From: Chrysomallon squamiferum
Lineage: Eukaryota; Animalia; Mollusca
Reading direction: 5' to 3'
NCBI GenBank assembly: GCA_012295275.1
Contig: CM022665.1
Span: 18,538,001-18,602,000 of the forward strand
DNA length: 64,000 bases
In this document: positions 55,862 through 64,000 of the stretch, piece after piece
Numbering within the stretch: the first letter of the stretch is position 1
How the letters are laid out: the number at the start of each line of letters is the position of its first letter
Notes under the pieces: generated by a model
The model's input: only the letters and a program-made list of their open reading frames with translations
Told to the model about the DNA's origin: nothing
Database searches by the model: none
Position numbers and translations under genes: made by a program

Positions 55862-58839
55862 TATTTATTTATTTTATTTTTTTCTTAAAATAGATCAGTC
55901 TACAAAACAGGCTTAGAGAGGCTGTCTGATTCATTGGACAACATCACTGACATGTCAACTGATTCCAGCCATGGACATGAGAGTCTGTCTCGAATCATTC
56001 TACCGAATCAGCAGGTAGTTAGTTATCTTATCTACAGAGTTCAGCCTACATATTAAAATAATCTTCATAAAGACATGGTTTAAAACCATTGCCAGTATGT
56101 TACTATTTCTTTTTTTAAATGACACTGCATTGTTTAAAATATCAGTGGGATGAAATGTTTTTGATATTTATTTATTTATTCATTTGTTTGTTTGTTTGTT
56201 TACTTATTTATTTGTTTGTATGTATGTTTGTTTGTTTATTTTTGTTTATTTTTGTTTTTAAATTATTGTAATTATTATTCTTTTAAAAAATAAATGAAAA
56301 CAGACATCAATGTAATGGTTTTGATGACATTTATTTGGCTATTTTAATTATTTTAAATTATTCTAATTATTATCCTTTTTCAAAAACAAAAAAAAAAAAA
56401 ATTACCAAAAAAAAAAAAAAAAAAAAAAAAATAAAATTAAAAACCCCCAAAACACCCCCAACCATAACATATATCTCTATAGCCTTTTTGTTGTATTTTG
56501 TAAATTATTTATGTTATTCCTGTGTAGTTTAAACTGACTGGGTTTATTTTATGAAAAATACAGGTTGTTAGAAAACACAAAACCAGTGAAATACAGGTAC
56601 AATTTTATTTTGTAAAACATTACATACCACATCTCTTTAATAAAATATTCATATTAAGGTGGCAGGGTTATTATTATTATTATTTTTTTATTTTCCTTAT
56701 TTTCTTATTTTGATGAATTTTGTATTGTTTCATAAATATATATATTTTTTTTTTTCTCTGATCTTCTTATTTTTGAAATATATTAATAAATTGAATACCT
56801 GGATATGCATCTATTTCTTTGATTTTCTTTCCTGATATTTCTTGATTTCCAATTTTTATGAATTTTGAATTTTTTCTTAAATACATTTTTAATTTTGTTT
56901 TCTTATTTCTTAACTAGTTTATTAAATACCTGTATGAAATTTTATCTATATCTTAAATAAGATGTAGGTTATTATTACCTTTATTTTGAATATTCTTTAG
57001 GCTGTTTTTCTGCATAATTTTTAAAATGAAAATATCTTTATTGCTCTTTCACAAACAAGATTAGTTATACATATCATTCAAAATTCTTTAATTGGCATAC
57101 ATCAAATACAGATACGAAATATTTGATTTTATAACACCTTCCTCTTTACATATTCTTTTATGTGTTTAATTATTTACTCTTTATTATGTAATACTATTTT
57201 TATATTTTGTTCCTGACTAATACTGATACATATTTTAATATTTTAAATGTATTATTACATTTAATTATAATATAAATATAATTAATATAATTTTAAATCA
57301 ATTTTCAATAACAAACGTTTTTTTAAAAACCCCACAAAAAACAAAGAGCAAGAAACAAAATAAAACAAAGAAAAAACAAATAGTCAATAACATTTTGAAT
57401 ATACTGTTTTTCATTTATTAAGTTTACACATTTAAAAGTACTACTACACACTGAATAAATGGTACATATATATATATATAGTTTAATAATATTTTAAATG
57501 TATTTTAGCTTGTTGACTAATATAAATTTTTCACAATAATGGTTTTAGTTATTAAGTTTATACTTTAAATATTCTGTTGCATATTAACTGATAGAGATAT
57601 ATTTTTATAATATTTCAAATGTACTGTTACATGGTGATTAATATATATAGATACATGTTAATAACATTTCAAATGTACTTTGAATGTGATTATTGTATGA
57701 AGATGTATTTTTATAATATTTAAACACCTGTTGCCTAATATAGTTAATAATGTTTCAAATTTAATAATTTTTGATAATATTTCCAGTTTTCTTATGCATG
57801 TGACTGATGTAGATATATATATATTTTAATAATATTTAAATGCATATTGACTAATATAGATATAGTTTAACTTGTCATTATAGTCTTATACTTTTCAGAC
57901 AATGCTGGTTGGGATAGACAAGAGGACAACGGTTCAGAACTTACTGGAGACAACTTGCAATAAGCGACAACTGAATCCTCGTGACCATTACGTTAGAATC
58001 AAACCACTCGGATCTCTTGACGACAAGTTTGTTATACCAGAGAGACACCAGCTGGTTAAACAGCTCGTAAGTGTTTTTTATCTGTTTAATATTTTTAATT
58101 AACCCTTTTCTTGCGTTAAGCAGACATATCCACTTACAATTGTGATACCAATGACAATAAGTTATATATGTAAGTGTACACATGTGCGCACACACATGCA
58201 CACACAAAATATATTAATTTGGTATTTGTTAACTTTCTAATTTTTTTGTCATTGTTTTTGAAAGGATTATATTTATCATCATCATTACTTTCCATTTAAA
58301 TTTCATTGCAGAAAATATTAATGTCATATAAAATAATTATATATATTTTTTTTTAAAAAGAATAGAAAAAGAAAACAGGAGGAAAAAGATTTGAATTATT
58401 TATTAGATTTTCTGTATGTAAGAAGGGAGATAACTAAAGCCAGAATTTAGAACAAATCAAAAGGTTTCTTATGATTTTAAGTTTTCAGAAACAAAACAAT
58501 CATTAGGAAATGTATTTGTAAGTTACATTTCAACAATAAACAAATAACATTTTCTGAAAAGCTATAAAAAGTATTTATTTGAGTCACACTTAATATATGT
58601 AACATTTTAATTTATTGTTTTCTTATTTCTTTGATTTCATTCTTTATTTATTTATTTTACTAATTAATTAATATTTATTTATTTATTTTACTTTCTAAAT
58701 TATTATTTTTTATTTCACTCTTTTTATATTTTTATATTTTTAATAATGAATTAGCTAGTGTTGATAAATTATTAGTTGGTGACACCTTTTCTTTTGTTCA
58801 TTGTCTTTTTTACTTTTATGAACACATATATTAAGAGTG

Positions 58840-58879
<40 letters not shown>

Positions 58880-61800
58880 TATTTATTTATTTTGTTTATT
58901 TATTTACTCATTAACCTATTTATATCATTTTATCTTTTTATTAATTTATTTGTCTGTGTGTGTCTTTATTTTGTTTATATATTTATTCATTTACTTACTA
59001 ACTTCTTTCATTTTCTCTTTATTATATATTTAATTATTTATTATTTAGTACGTGTGTGTGTCTGTGTGTATGTATATATAATATGTGTTTATCTATTTAT
59101 TTATTTATTTAACTGTTACAGAGATATGAAGCTCTGGAGGTGTGTCAGAAGAGTATTTTTCAACTAGAGTTGACCAAACTGACAAAGGATGGTGTGTTTG
59201 GTTTTGCTGTGGAAGCTGAGTTGGCTGAAGACTTGGACAGAGATGATGAACTGCGTGTGTATGTCTGTGAAATCACACCAGGGTCAGTTGCAGAGAAACG
59301 AGGTAAGAAATGACACTTTGAAAATTTGTTTAGGTAATATATATTATGTTTGTGTTTGTGTATATATACATGTATTTGTATGCATGTACGTAATGAGGAT
59401 GCGTTCTCTGAATATATGTTTATGTGTGTGTGTACATGTGTTTGTGTGTCTGCACATGTTTGTGTGTATGAGTGTTTATGTGTTTTTGTGTACATGTTTG
59501 TGTGTCTGTATATACATGTGTTTGTATATCTGTGTATGTACATGTGTTTGTGTGTGTCTGAATGTGTTTGTGTGTTTGTATCTACATGTTTGTGTGTCTG
59601 TATGAATATATATGAGTGCATCTGTTGGTGTTCAAAAATTATAATTTCACATTCATACACTGACATTCTTTGTTGTTTTTTTTTCCAGCTTTGCAAGTTG
59701 GAGATGAAATTCTAGTGATAAATGGTAAAATTGTGTCAGAACTGGACATGGTGTACATTGAGACACTGCTACATGAGTCGAGGACTTTGTTTTTAACAAT
59801 ACGCTCATTTCGCACCAAACCACCTACGACTGACTTCATCACTGATCATGCAAACACTTACATTGACAACATGGTGTGCCCACCACCCCCTAGTCAACCC
59901 CGCATCACTGAGAAACTTATTGGTGATCTGATTGTCCCTGCACCAGCATCACCTGTTGGTAAGTGAGAAAGATGAAAAAAAATAAAATAATAATAATAAA
60001 TAAAAAATCTTCCCAGATATTATTGCTTTACATAATATTTAAACTTTCAGAAATTAATATATCCTTTTCTTTCTTTCTTCTTTTTCAAAAGGTGTTTGCC
60101 TATATCTGTGTGTATATGTGTCTGTGTGTGTGTGTGGATAACAGATAATATTGACAATAGAGATAGAAGATGCATTTAATGCTGTATTAAAATTTAACAT
60201 TTCCTGTTTCATGGGCATATTGTCATCCCAAAACCACTACACAATTTGAGTAATTTTAACATTTGAAATTAGATGATGTGATTTTATTCTTATCTACCTT
60301 TCAGAAGGAATAAAAAGATTATTATTATTAATATTTCATATTTGCAATCATCCTTTTGTTTGTGTAAGCAAGCTGTGTATGCGTGTGAGTGTGAGAGAGA
60401 GATAAGAATTTTAGTGTGGGTTTTTTATTGACAATAAATAGTATAGTTAATAATTTCATCTTTGCTATTTGCAGTGATTCTTCTGTTTCTGTGTTATTTT
60501 ATTATTATATTTTTTGTTTTCTACTAATGATAAATAATATATTCGATAATTTCTTATGTGGCATTGTCAGTCATCCTTCTGAGTGTGAACGTGTCAGTTA
60601 TTGTATTTACATTTTTTTATTTTTTCTTAATGATAAATAATATATTAATAATTTCATATTTGCAATCATATTTCTGTTTGTATGTGAGTATGTCTGTGCT
60701 TTTTATTTAATAACAATTTTACTTTTTAAAAATATTTGCTGTCATCCTTCTGTTTGTCTTTTAGTGTGTCTCTTTCATTTAATTATATTTTTCTTTTTTA
60801 ATGATTATAAAAAGTATAGTTAATATTTTGTTGTGTTTAAACAGGTGATGAGGAGAAGAAAGATTCTCCTAAGTTAACCAAACAGGGCATCTCTACAGAT
60901 CAGATAGATGCTCTACTCAGGGTAAGCATAAATAAAATTATATAATTAGGGGTTGTATATATGTTTGCGCATGCACACACCTAAATCATATATGGCTGAG
61001 GTTTTATACATACAAATATGGATGAACAAATCTATGTACAAATACATAAATATTTAATTTTCATTTAAAAAGACTGTCAACTTTTGTTCCAGTTCAATAT
61101 ACACCAGCATCATTTATTCATTTTCATATTTACATTATAAATCAAAGCAGTTATACTGAGATGTTTTTGTTTCCATGACAACAGGGTGCTGAACAAGTGA
61201 CGGCTATCTGCCGAAATTCCAATGGGTCAGTGCAGTCACAAACATCGGCAGGAAGCTGTCCTGTGAGGACCCTCAGTGCTGCGCAACGACTACGCAAAGT
61301 CATCATGGAGCTTATTGAGACTGAGAGAGCTTATGTTAAGGTGTGTGATTTATGCTTTATTTCACATATTAATGATTTTTGTATGTAATGTTAAATCTAT
61401 CTTTGTGTGTGTTTTCATGGATTAATTATTATTGAATAATTGTAATAAAACAGGATATAACTTTTCTAGACTAGTCTTTTTAGTTAGCAGTTAAGGATAT
61501 TGTAATTGAACAGTCTCATTGGCATGGATATTTCTTTCATAAACTGGTAATAACTAGAGTTGATTAAAAAATCAACTTTTAAGGACATATATATATATAT
61601 ATATATATCTCTTTTTTTGGGGGGGGGTCAAAGACAAACATCAGATTTATTAAATTTGGATCTTGAAAATCACTCAGTATTTAGATGTTTTTTAATTGTC
61701 ATTCTTATCTTTTTTCATTTCTTTTTGATATATATATATAATTTTTGTGTTTGTCCATATGTGTGTCTGCATGTGTGTATATGTTTGTTGGTATGTGTTT

Positions 61801-64000
61801 GTATAGTGTATTTGTATGTGTGCATTTGTATATGGATGTATAGGTAAGTGTATATGTGTTTGTGAGTGTTCATGTTTATATGCATGTGTTGTGTATTTAA
61901 TTAATATTAAACATTTTTTTATATATATAAACTCAGGATTTAAACTGTCTGATGGAGAGATACTTGGTACCACTGCAAGATGAGACATTCCTGACATCAG
62001 ATGAAATCAACCAGCTTTTCGGAAACATTCAAGAAATTGTTCCATTTCAGAGACAGTTTCTTACCAGCTTGGAGGAGGCCATTGAACTAGAGAGTGATTT
62101 CTTTACCACCACTGACCCCAAACAGTTCAGAGTAAGTGAGAGCGGTAACAGTGTTTGTGTAATTCATGTTTCTTTGAAAAAAATGTTTTGTATGTTGGTA
62201 GCAATATAAACACACTGAGAAAACAATTAAGAATTTTAAATTCACAAACAGTAGTATTTATTTATGAAATAAATGATAATTTGTGTTTATGTTTTCAGAG
62301 AGTGTTGTTTTCTATTGGTGGATCTTTCCTCTACTACGCAAATCACTTCAAAGTGTACAGCTCATTTTGTGCTAGTCATTCGAGATCTCAGAAAGTTCTC
62401 AATATTGGTAAGTCTTAATCTTCTACATTTATCTCATATCATTCCATGTATACTAAACCTTTTACAGTAGAATTATTTATTTCATATCATTTCATTTTGC
62501 ATCAAAATTATTTTTTCATATCATTCCCTGCATATTAACCCTTTTGCATCAGAATTATTTTTCTCATATCAATCCATGTATATTAACCCCTTTTGTATAA
62601 TGTCACTTATCACTATATATGTGTGTTTTATACATGCACTATACATATGTTATTTACATATATCTCTATATAATATGTATTTTATACATAACACTATATA
62701 TGTTTTGTAAATATATTTATGTGTATTTTACACATGTAAAGTATATGTGTGTTTTATACATGTACTGTATAGTGTATATTTTATACATGTAAAGTATGTA
62801 TGTGATATATATATATATATATGTCATTGTTTGTGTGTGTTTCAGATGGTAATGAGGAAATGAAGAATTTCCTGAGGGCTCGAAACCCCAAACAGCAGCA
62901 CTCTGCCACACTGGAATCATTCCTAATCAAGCCAATTCAACGAATTCTCAAATACCCACTACTGCTACATCAACTGTGTCAGCTGGCACAGCCAGACACT
63001 GATGAGCATCATCATCTCACTGGTGTGTATGTTGTAGTCATCTGTGACATTCACAAACACTTCTTTGTAATAAGGTACCAAAGTAGTAAGGTATCAAATT
63101 AGTAAAATGTATGTATTTTTACATTTTCTGATTGTAGAAGCACTAGGAATGGAAAAAGGTAAGGTTTTTATTATAAACTGTCTGTATTTTTACAGTATCT
63201 GATTGTTCAAGACATCAGAACAAAAAACAAGAAAAGTGTAAAGTGTGACACAGTTTTAAGTCAGGTGTGTGTGTTGTTCATGTTGTAGAAGCACTACGTG
63301 GGATGGAGGCAGTTGCTGAGCACATCAATGAGATGCAGAAGATCTATGAAGAGTACGGATCAGTGTTTGACGATCTGTCCAAGACTTTCAAGAAAGTCCA
63401 TCCACACAAACAGGTAATTCCACAGTAGTGTTGTTTTAGATTCACCACACGGCCAGTATTTTTTGTTACACTGACAAGTGCAGAATATTTTATACAATTT
63501 AATGTGTGTAGGGTTTCACTGTTAGGGGCTGATTATTGTATACAGTTCAACAAGTGCAGTTTTCCCTAATTCAGTCAGTTTTTCACTGACAGGTGCATAT
63601 TATTTTATACAATTTATGGACTGCAGTCTATTTTTGATTGAAGCAGTTTTTCATTGAAAGATGCATAACATTGTAAACAATTTATGGAGTTTTGTTTTTC
63701 ATTGATTAGGTCCATATTTTTTTAAATACAATTTAAAGAGTACATAGTCTCATTGATTGGACCAGTTTTTAACTGACTGGAGTGATTTTTCACTAAAATA
63801 TGCACATTTGTTTTAAAGTACAATTCAAGGATTGCAGTTTTTCACTGAATAAACTGACATGTGAAAGAGTTTTAACTGATTAGGGGTTGTGTCTGTTTCA
63901 GCCGGTTGATCTGAGTGTGGGTGAACTACAGATGTATGGCATGGTGGAGTGGTGTAACATGCTGGAATACTTGGGCAAGGTGAAGAAGACAATGGACTTT
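6112..64000 (+). CDS. sif: Still life / TIAM1-2-like Rac GEF, spliced gene model (23 coding exons in window, 3' incomplete)
   Basis: Hand-spliced exons with GT-AG boundaries and matching phases give 4347 nt (1449 codons) in one frame. Recognisable SIF/TIAM segments include [94 protein letters not shown] and [13 protein letters not shown]. Confidence 0.95.
8985..9345. repeat. Degenerate tandem array, unit about 59 bp (gtttaaatgtaaaatgtacag...cagttaattatttgagg), just upstream of exon 2
   Basis: Two near-identical copies at about 9040-9190 plus decayed flanking copies. Confidence 0.9.
9404..9585 (+). CDS. sif: Coding exon 2: EVH1/WH1-like domain, [10 protein letters not shown]...FDVKISQP
   Basis: Poly-T tract + cag acceptor, donor G|gtttaa, phase 2 to 1; matches part of ORF 9336..9605. 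Confidence 0.95.
12135..13290. repeat. Degenerate tandem array, 130-180 bp unit (aatattacatttgagtcattatttatatcagttt..tgtaaataatacaa), about 7 copies
   Basis: The core recurs near 12270, 12450, 12590, 12850, 12980 and 13150. Confidence 0.85.
14860..14981 (+). CDS. sif: Coding exon 3: EVH1/WH1-like C-terminal half, [41 protein letters not shown]
   Basis: Poly-T + tacag acceptor, donor TCG|gtaaca, phase 1 to 0; WGLNF is typical of EVH1 folds. Confidence 0.95.
15540..15603. repeat. (TA)n microsatellite
   Basis: Pure TA run. Confidence 0.97.
15745..16110. repeat. Minisatellite (tatgttaagattcaagtta)
   Basis: Many short degenerate copies in tandem. Confidence 0.88.
16495..16780. repeat. Minisatellite, unit about 20 bp (ttttaatgctttagaaatac)
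   Basis: Repeated ttttaatgc...aga(a/t)ac units. Confidence 0.8.
17190..17766. repeat. Three-copy array, unit about 230 bp, ending at the exon 4 acceptor
   Basis: atattcagacacaagaaaca...ctgaatg.aaata.atttc...gtattttaaaggttt recurs at about 17230 and 17680, with a decayed copy at about 17440. Confidence 0.85.
17767..17832 (+). CDS. sif: Coding exon 4: [22 protein letters not shown]
   Basis: tttctttcag acceptor, AAG|gtcaga donor, 66 nt, phase 0-0; RKASS..SL.L.PP resembles SIF. Confidence 0.9.
17920..18600. repeat. About 4-copy array, unit about 170 bp, downstream of exon 4
   Basis: tttatcatttctg..ttc.gtat...actgtcttttgtaaag.gtgg.aaga...tttgcttag recurs. Confidence 0.85.
19835..20568 (+). repeat. 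Array of about 11 degenerate 60-80 bp units whose last copy is the intron 4/exon 5 junction
   Basis: Unit ctcagtaaattca.ttttgtttccagc.tgttcatagtaaa; terminal copy ctcagaaaattcaaattttgtttccag|cgtgttcgcagtaaagctgca. Confidence 0.92.
20548..21697 (+). CDS. sif: Coding exon 5: large Ser/Pro-rich linker (RVRSKAAS...GTAQLKR)
   Basis: tttccag acceptor, 1150-nt GC-richer open frame (contains ORF 20704), donor AGAG|gtactg (phase 1) followed by an abrupt switch to T-rich intron. Confidence 0.9.
22290..22850. repeat. Two adjacent arrays: a unit of about 34 bp (acaaaatatgagttttttatatgttac) and a unit of about 80 bp (tgtggcagaa..ccattaacttt) interleaved with (TA)n/(CA)n
   Basis: Direct inspection. Confidence 0.85.
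24790..25020. repeat. Low-complexity array of (ttatgac/ttacaac/tgtgac) units
   Basis: Recurrent 7-8 bp units. Confidence 0.75.
28195..28600. repeat. Degenerate array, unit about 42 bp (ttattaatgatatgagagagatattttatttataa)
   Basis: About 9 copies of atatgagaga-type cores. Confidence 0.85.
32170..33270. repeat. Degenerate array (gtggtaatttagaattgttaaaa...ttttaaaggaatatttacaa)
   Basis: The core gaattgttaaaa recurs about ten times. Confidence 0.85.
35253..35338. repeat. (TG)n followed by (GA)n compound microsatellite
   Basis: Direct inspection. Confidence 0.95.
36700..37135. repeat. Compound trinucleotide tract (GAT)n/(TAG)n/(AAT)n/(AAC)n
   Basis: Direct inspection; source of the poly-M, poly-D and poly-Y pseudo-ORFs. 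Confidence 0.93.
37505..37845. repeat. Three-copy array, unit about 125 bp, with a dispersed copy at about 61020-61125
   Basis: aaatct.tgtacaaa...tttgaattt.actttaaa...aactttt recurs. Confidence 0.8.
38915..39275. repeat. Two-copy direct duplication, unit about 175 bp
   Basis: atattgattttc...tctacacagacag...ggc.aatctaagtgtta...tgtgatat...ttttga.agcatacattt occurs twice. Confidence 0.88.
41386..41442. repeat. Perfect 27-bp tandem duplication (ctgaaactaatacagcattgagttgtt)
   Basis: Two identical adjacent copies. Confidence 0.95.
46487..46611 (+). CDS. sif: Coding exon 6: [42 protein letters not shown]
   Basis: Pyrimidine tract + ttcag acceptor and GAG|gtcagt donor. Phase 1 to 0 exactly bridges exons 5 and 7. 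This frame differs from track ORF 46502. Confidence 0.82.
48200..48565. repeat. Minisatellite (atgatgtgaactgagaaataatt) running up to the exon 7 polypyrimidine tract
   Basis: About 12 tgtgaactg-type cores. Confidence 0.9.
48577..48683 (+). CDS. sif: Coding exon 7: [11 protein letters not shown]...QVGAIRKAG (start of N-terminal PH domain)
   Basis: ttcttgcag acceptor, GG|gtttgt donor, phase 0 to 2; GAIRKAG matches the start of the TIAM/SIF PHn domain. Confidence 0.9.
49520..49990. repeat. Degenerate array, unit about 75 bp (attcagcaaaag..tggaatttatcc...catggttttga)
   Basis: About 7 copies. Confidence 0.88.
50717..50886 (+). CDS. sif: Coding exon 8: PH domain [38 protein letters not shown]...PRHIL
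   Basis: cttcag acceptor, G|gtaact donor, phase 2 to 1; hallmark TIAM PHn sequence. Confidence 0.96.
51090..51500. repeat. GA-rich degenerate tract ending in a long pure (GA)n
   Basis: Pure (GA)n at about 51410-51497. Confidence 0.95.
51690..51787 (+). CDS. sif: Coding exon 9: PH domain [33 protein letters not shown]
   Basis: tttcag acceptor, CAG|gtcagt donor, phase 1 to 0. Confidence 0.96.
52191..52334 (+). CDS. sif: Coding exon 10: end of PH and start of coiled coil, [19 protein letters not shown]...EANIDT
   Basis: ctttcag acceptor, ACA|gtaaga donor, 144 nt, phase 0-0. Confidence 0.96.
52340..52625. repeat. Degenerate array, unit about 55 bp, starting immediately after the exon 10 donor
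   Basis: gaaatttaaatca.ca..tgaaataaatctt recurs. Confidence 0.85.
52828..53010 (+). CDS. sif: Coding exon 11: coiled coil/Ex region [11 protein letters not shown]...GTELTNPK
   Basis: atcag acceptor, AAG|gtagga donor, 183 nt, phase 0-0. Confidence 0.96.
53035..53300. repeat. Minisatellite (tttaatttcagaactgtct) after the exon 11 donor
   Basis: About 10 tttcagaa-type cores. Confidence 0.85.
55075..55304 (+). CDS. sif: Coding exon 12: Ex region [32 protein letters not shown]...STVNT(E)
   Basis: ttctag acceptor, GA|gtaaga donor, phase 0 to 2. Confidence 0.95.
55480..55730. repeat. Minisatellite, unit about 25 bp (ttacataaaatatattt.aaaa)
   Basis: About 10 copies. Confidence 0.88.
55894..56014 (+). 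CDS. sif: Coding exon 13: [13 protein letters not shown]...SRIILPNQQ (start of RBD)
   Basis: tag acceptor after a T-rich tract, CAG|gtagtt donor, phase 2 to 0. Confidence 0.88.
57899..58066 (+). CDS. sif: Coding exon 14: Ras-binding domain [35 protein letters not shown]...LVKQL
   Basis: ttttcag acceptor, CTC|gtaagt donor, 168 nt, phase 0-0. Confidence 0.94.
59122..59302 (+). CDS. sif: Coding exon 15: end of RBD and start of [22 protein letters not shown]...[11 protein letters not shown]...VAEKR
   Basis: ttacag acceptor, GAG|gtaaga donor, phase 0 to 1; GVFGF carboxylate-binding loop. Confidence 0.94.
59689..59958 (+). CDS. sif: Coding exon 16: PDZ C-terminal half [13 protein letters not shown]...VCPPPPSQP...PASPV
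   Basis: Poly-T ccag acceptor, TG|gtaagt donor, phase 1-1; [12 protein letters not shown] motif. Confidence 0.95.
60845..60921 (+). CDS. sif: Coding exon 17: [26 protein letters not shown]
   Basis: aacag acceptor, AGG|gtaagc donor, phase 1 to 0. Confidence 0.9.
61185..61340 (+). CDS. sif: Coding exon 18: start of DH domain [10 protein letters not shown]...[17 protein letters not shown]
   Basis: aacag acceptor, AAG|gtgtgt donor, 156 nt, phase 0-0; DH conserved region 1. Confidence 0.96.
61937..62131 (+). CDS. sif: Coding exon 19: DH domain [14 protein letters not shown]...LFGNIQEIV...PKQFR
   Basis: ctcag acceptor, AGA|gtaagt donor, 195 nt, phase 0-0. Confidence 0.96.
62299..62407 (+). CDS. 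sif: Coding exon 20: DH domain [36 protein letters not shown]
   Basis: ttttcag acceptor, TG|gtaagt donor, phase 0 to 1. Confidence 0.96.
62430..62600. repeat. About 4-copy array after the exon 20 donor (tcatatcattccatgtatattaaccctttt)
   Basis: Direct inspection. Confidence 0.8.
62846..63022 (+). CDS. sif: Coding exon 21: DH domain [41 protein letters not shown]...HHLT
   Basis: tttcag acceptor, TG|gtgtgt donor, phase 1-1; DH conserved region 3. Confidence 0.96.
63289..63413 (+). CDS. sif: Coding exon 22: DH C-terminal helix [30 protein letters not shown]...HKQ
   Basis: ttgtag acceptor, CAG|gtaatt donor, phase 1 to 0. Confidence 0.95.
63455..63885. repeat. Degenerate array filling intron 22 (cagtttttcactga...ttttatacaatttatgga)
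   Basis: Recurrent tttttcactg/tttttcattg and acaattta cores. Confidence 0.8.
63902..64000 (+). CDS. sif: Coding exon 23 (runs off window): start of C-terminal [35 protein letters not shown]
   Basis: gtttcag acceptor at 63901, phase 0, open to the window end. Confidence 0.92.

Noticed and set aside
59160-59842. Antisense ORFs overlapping exons 15-16 (also those at 9332, 21383, 52796 and 57941)
   Set aside because: Shadows of coding exons plus (CA)-rich repeat, with no independent protein similarity or splice structure.

Overview
This is very AT-rich animal genomic DNA, not prokaryotic. It is probably an invertebrate, and a lophotrochozoan or mollusc is only a guess. The whole window is one + strand gene: an orthologue of Drosophila still life (sif) / vertebrate TIAM1-2, a Rac guanine-nucleotide exchange factor. 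I assembled 23 GT-AG coding exons by hand from ATG 6112 to the window end. All splice phases are consistent and give about 1449 codons with no internal stop. The domain order is myristoylation-type N-terminus, EVH1/WH1-like domain, long Ser/Pro-rich linker, PH-CC-Ex, RBD, PDZ, DH and the start of the C-terminal PH domain; the gene continues past 64000. Introns consist of microsatellites, many locally unique degenerate tandem arrays and a few higher-complexity islands. Nearly all ORFs in the supplied track are simple-repeat artefacts. The most notable points are: (1) intronic duplications that copy the splice junctions themselves, including an array of about 11 acceptor copies before exon 5 and a frame-preserving 21-nt duplicate microexon candidate in the DH domain; (2) several candidate alternative first exons; (3) a 33-bp hairpin in the 25-kb intron; (4) linear motifs in the linker. 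I found no CRISPR array, RNA gene or transposon ORF.
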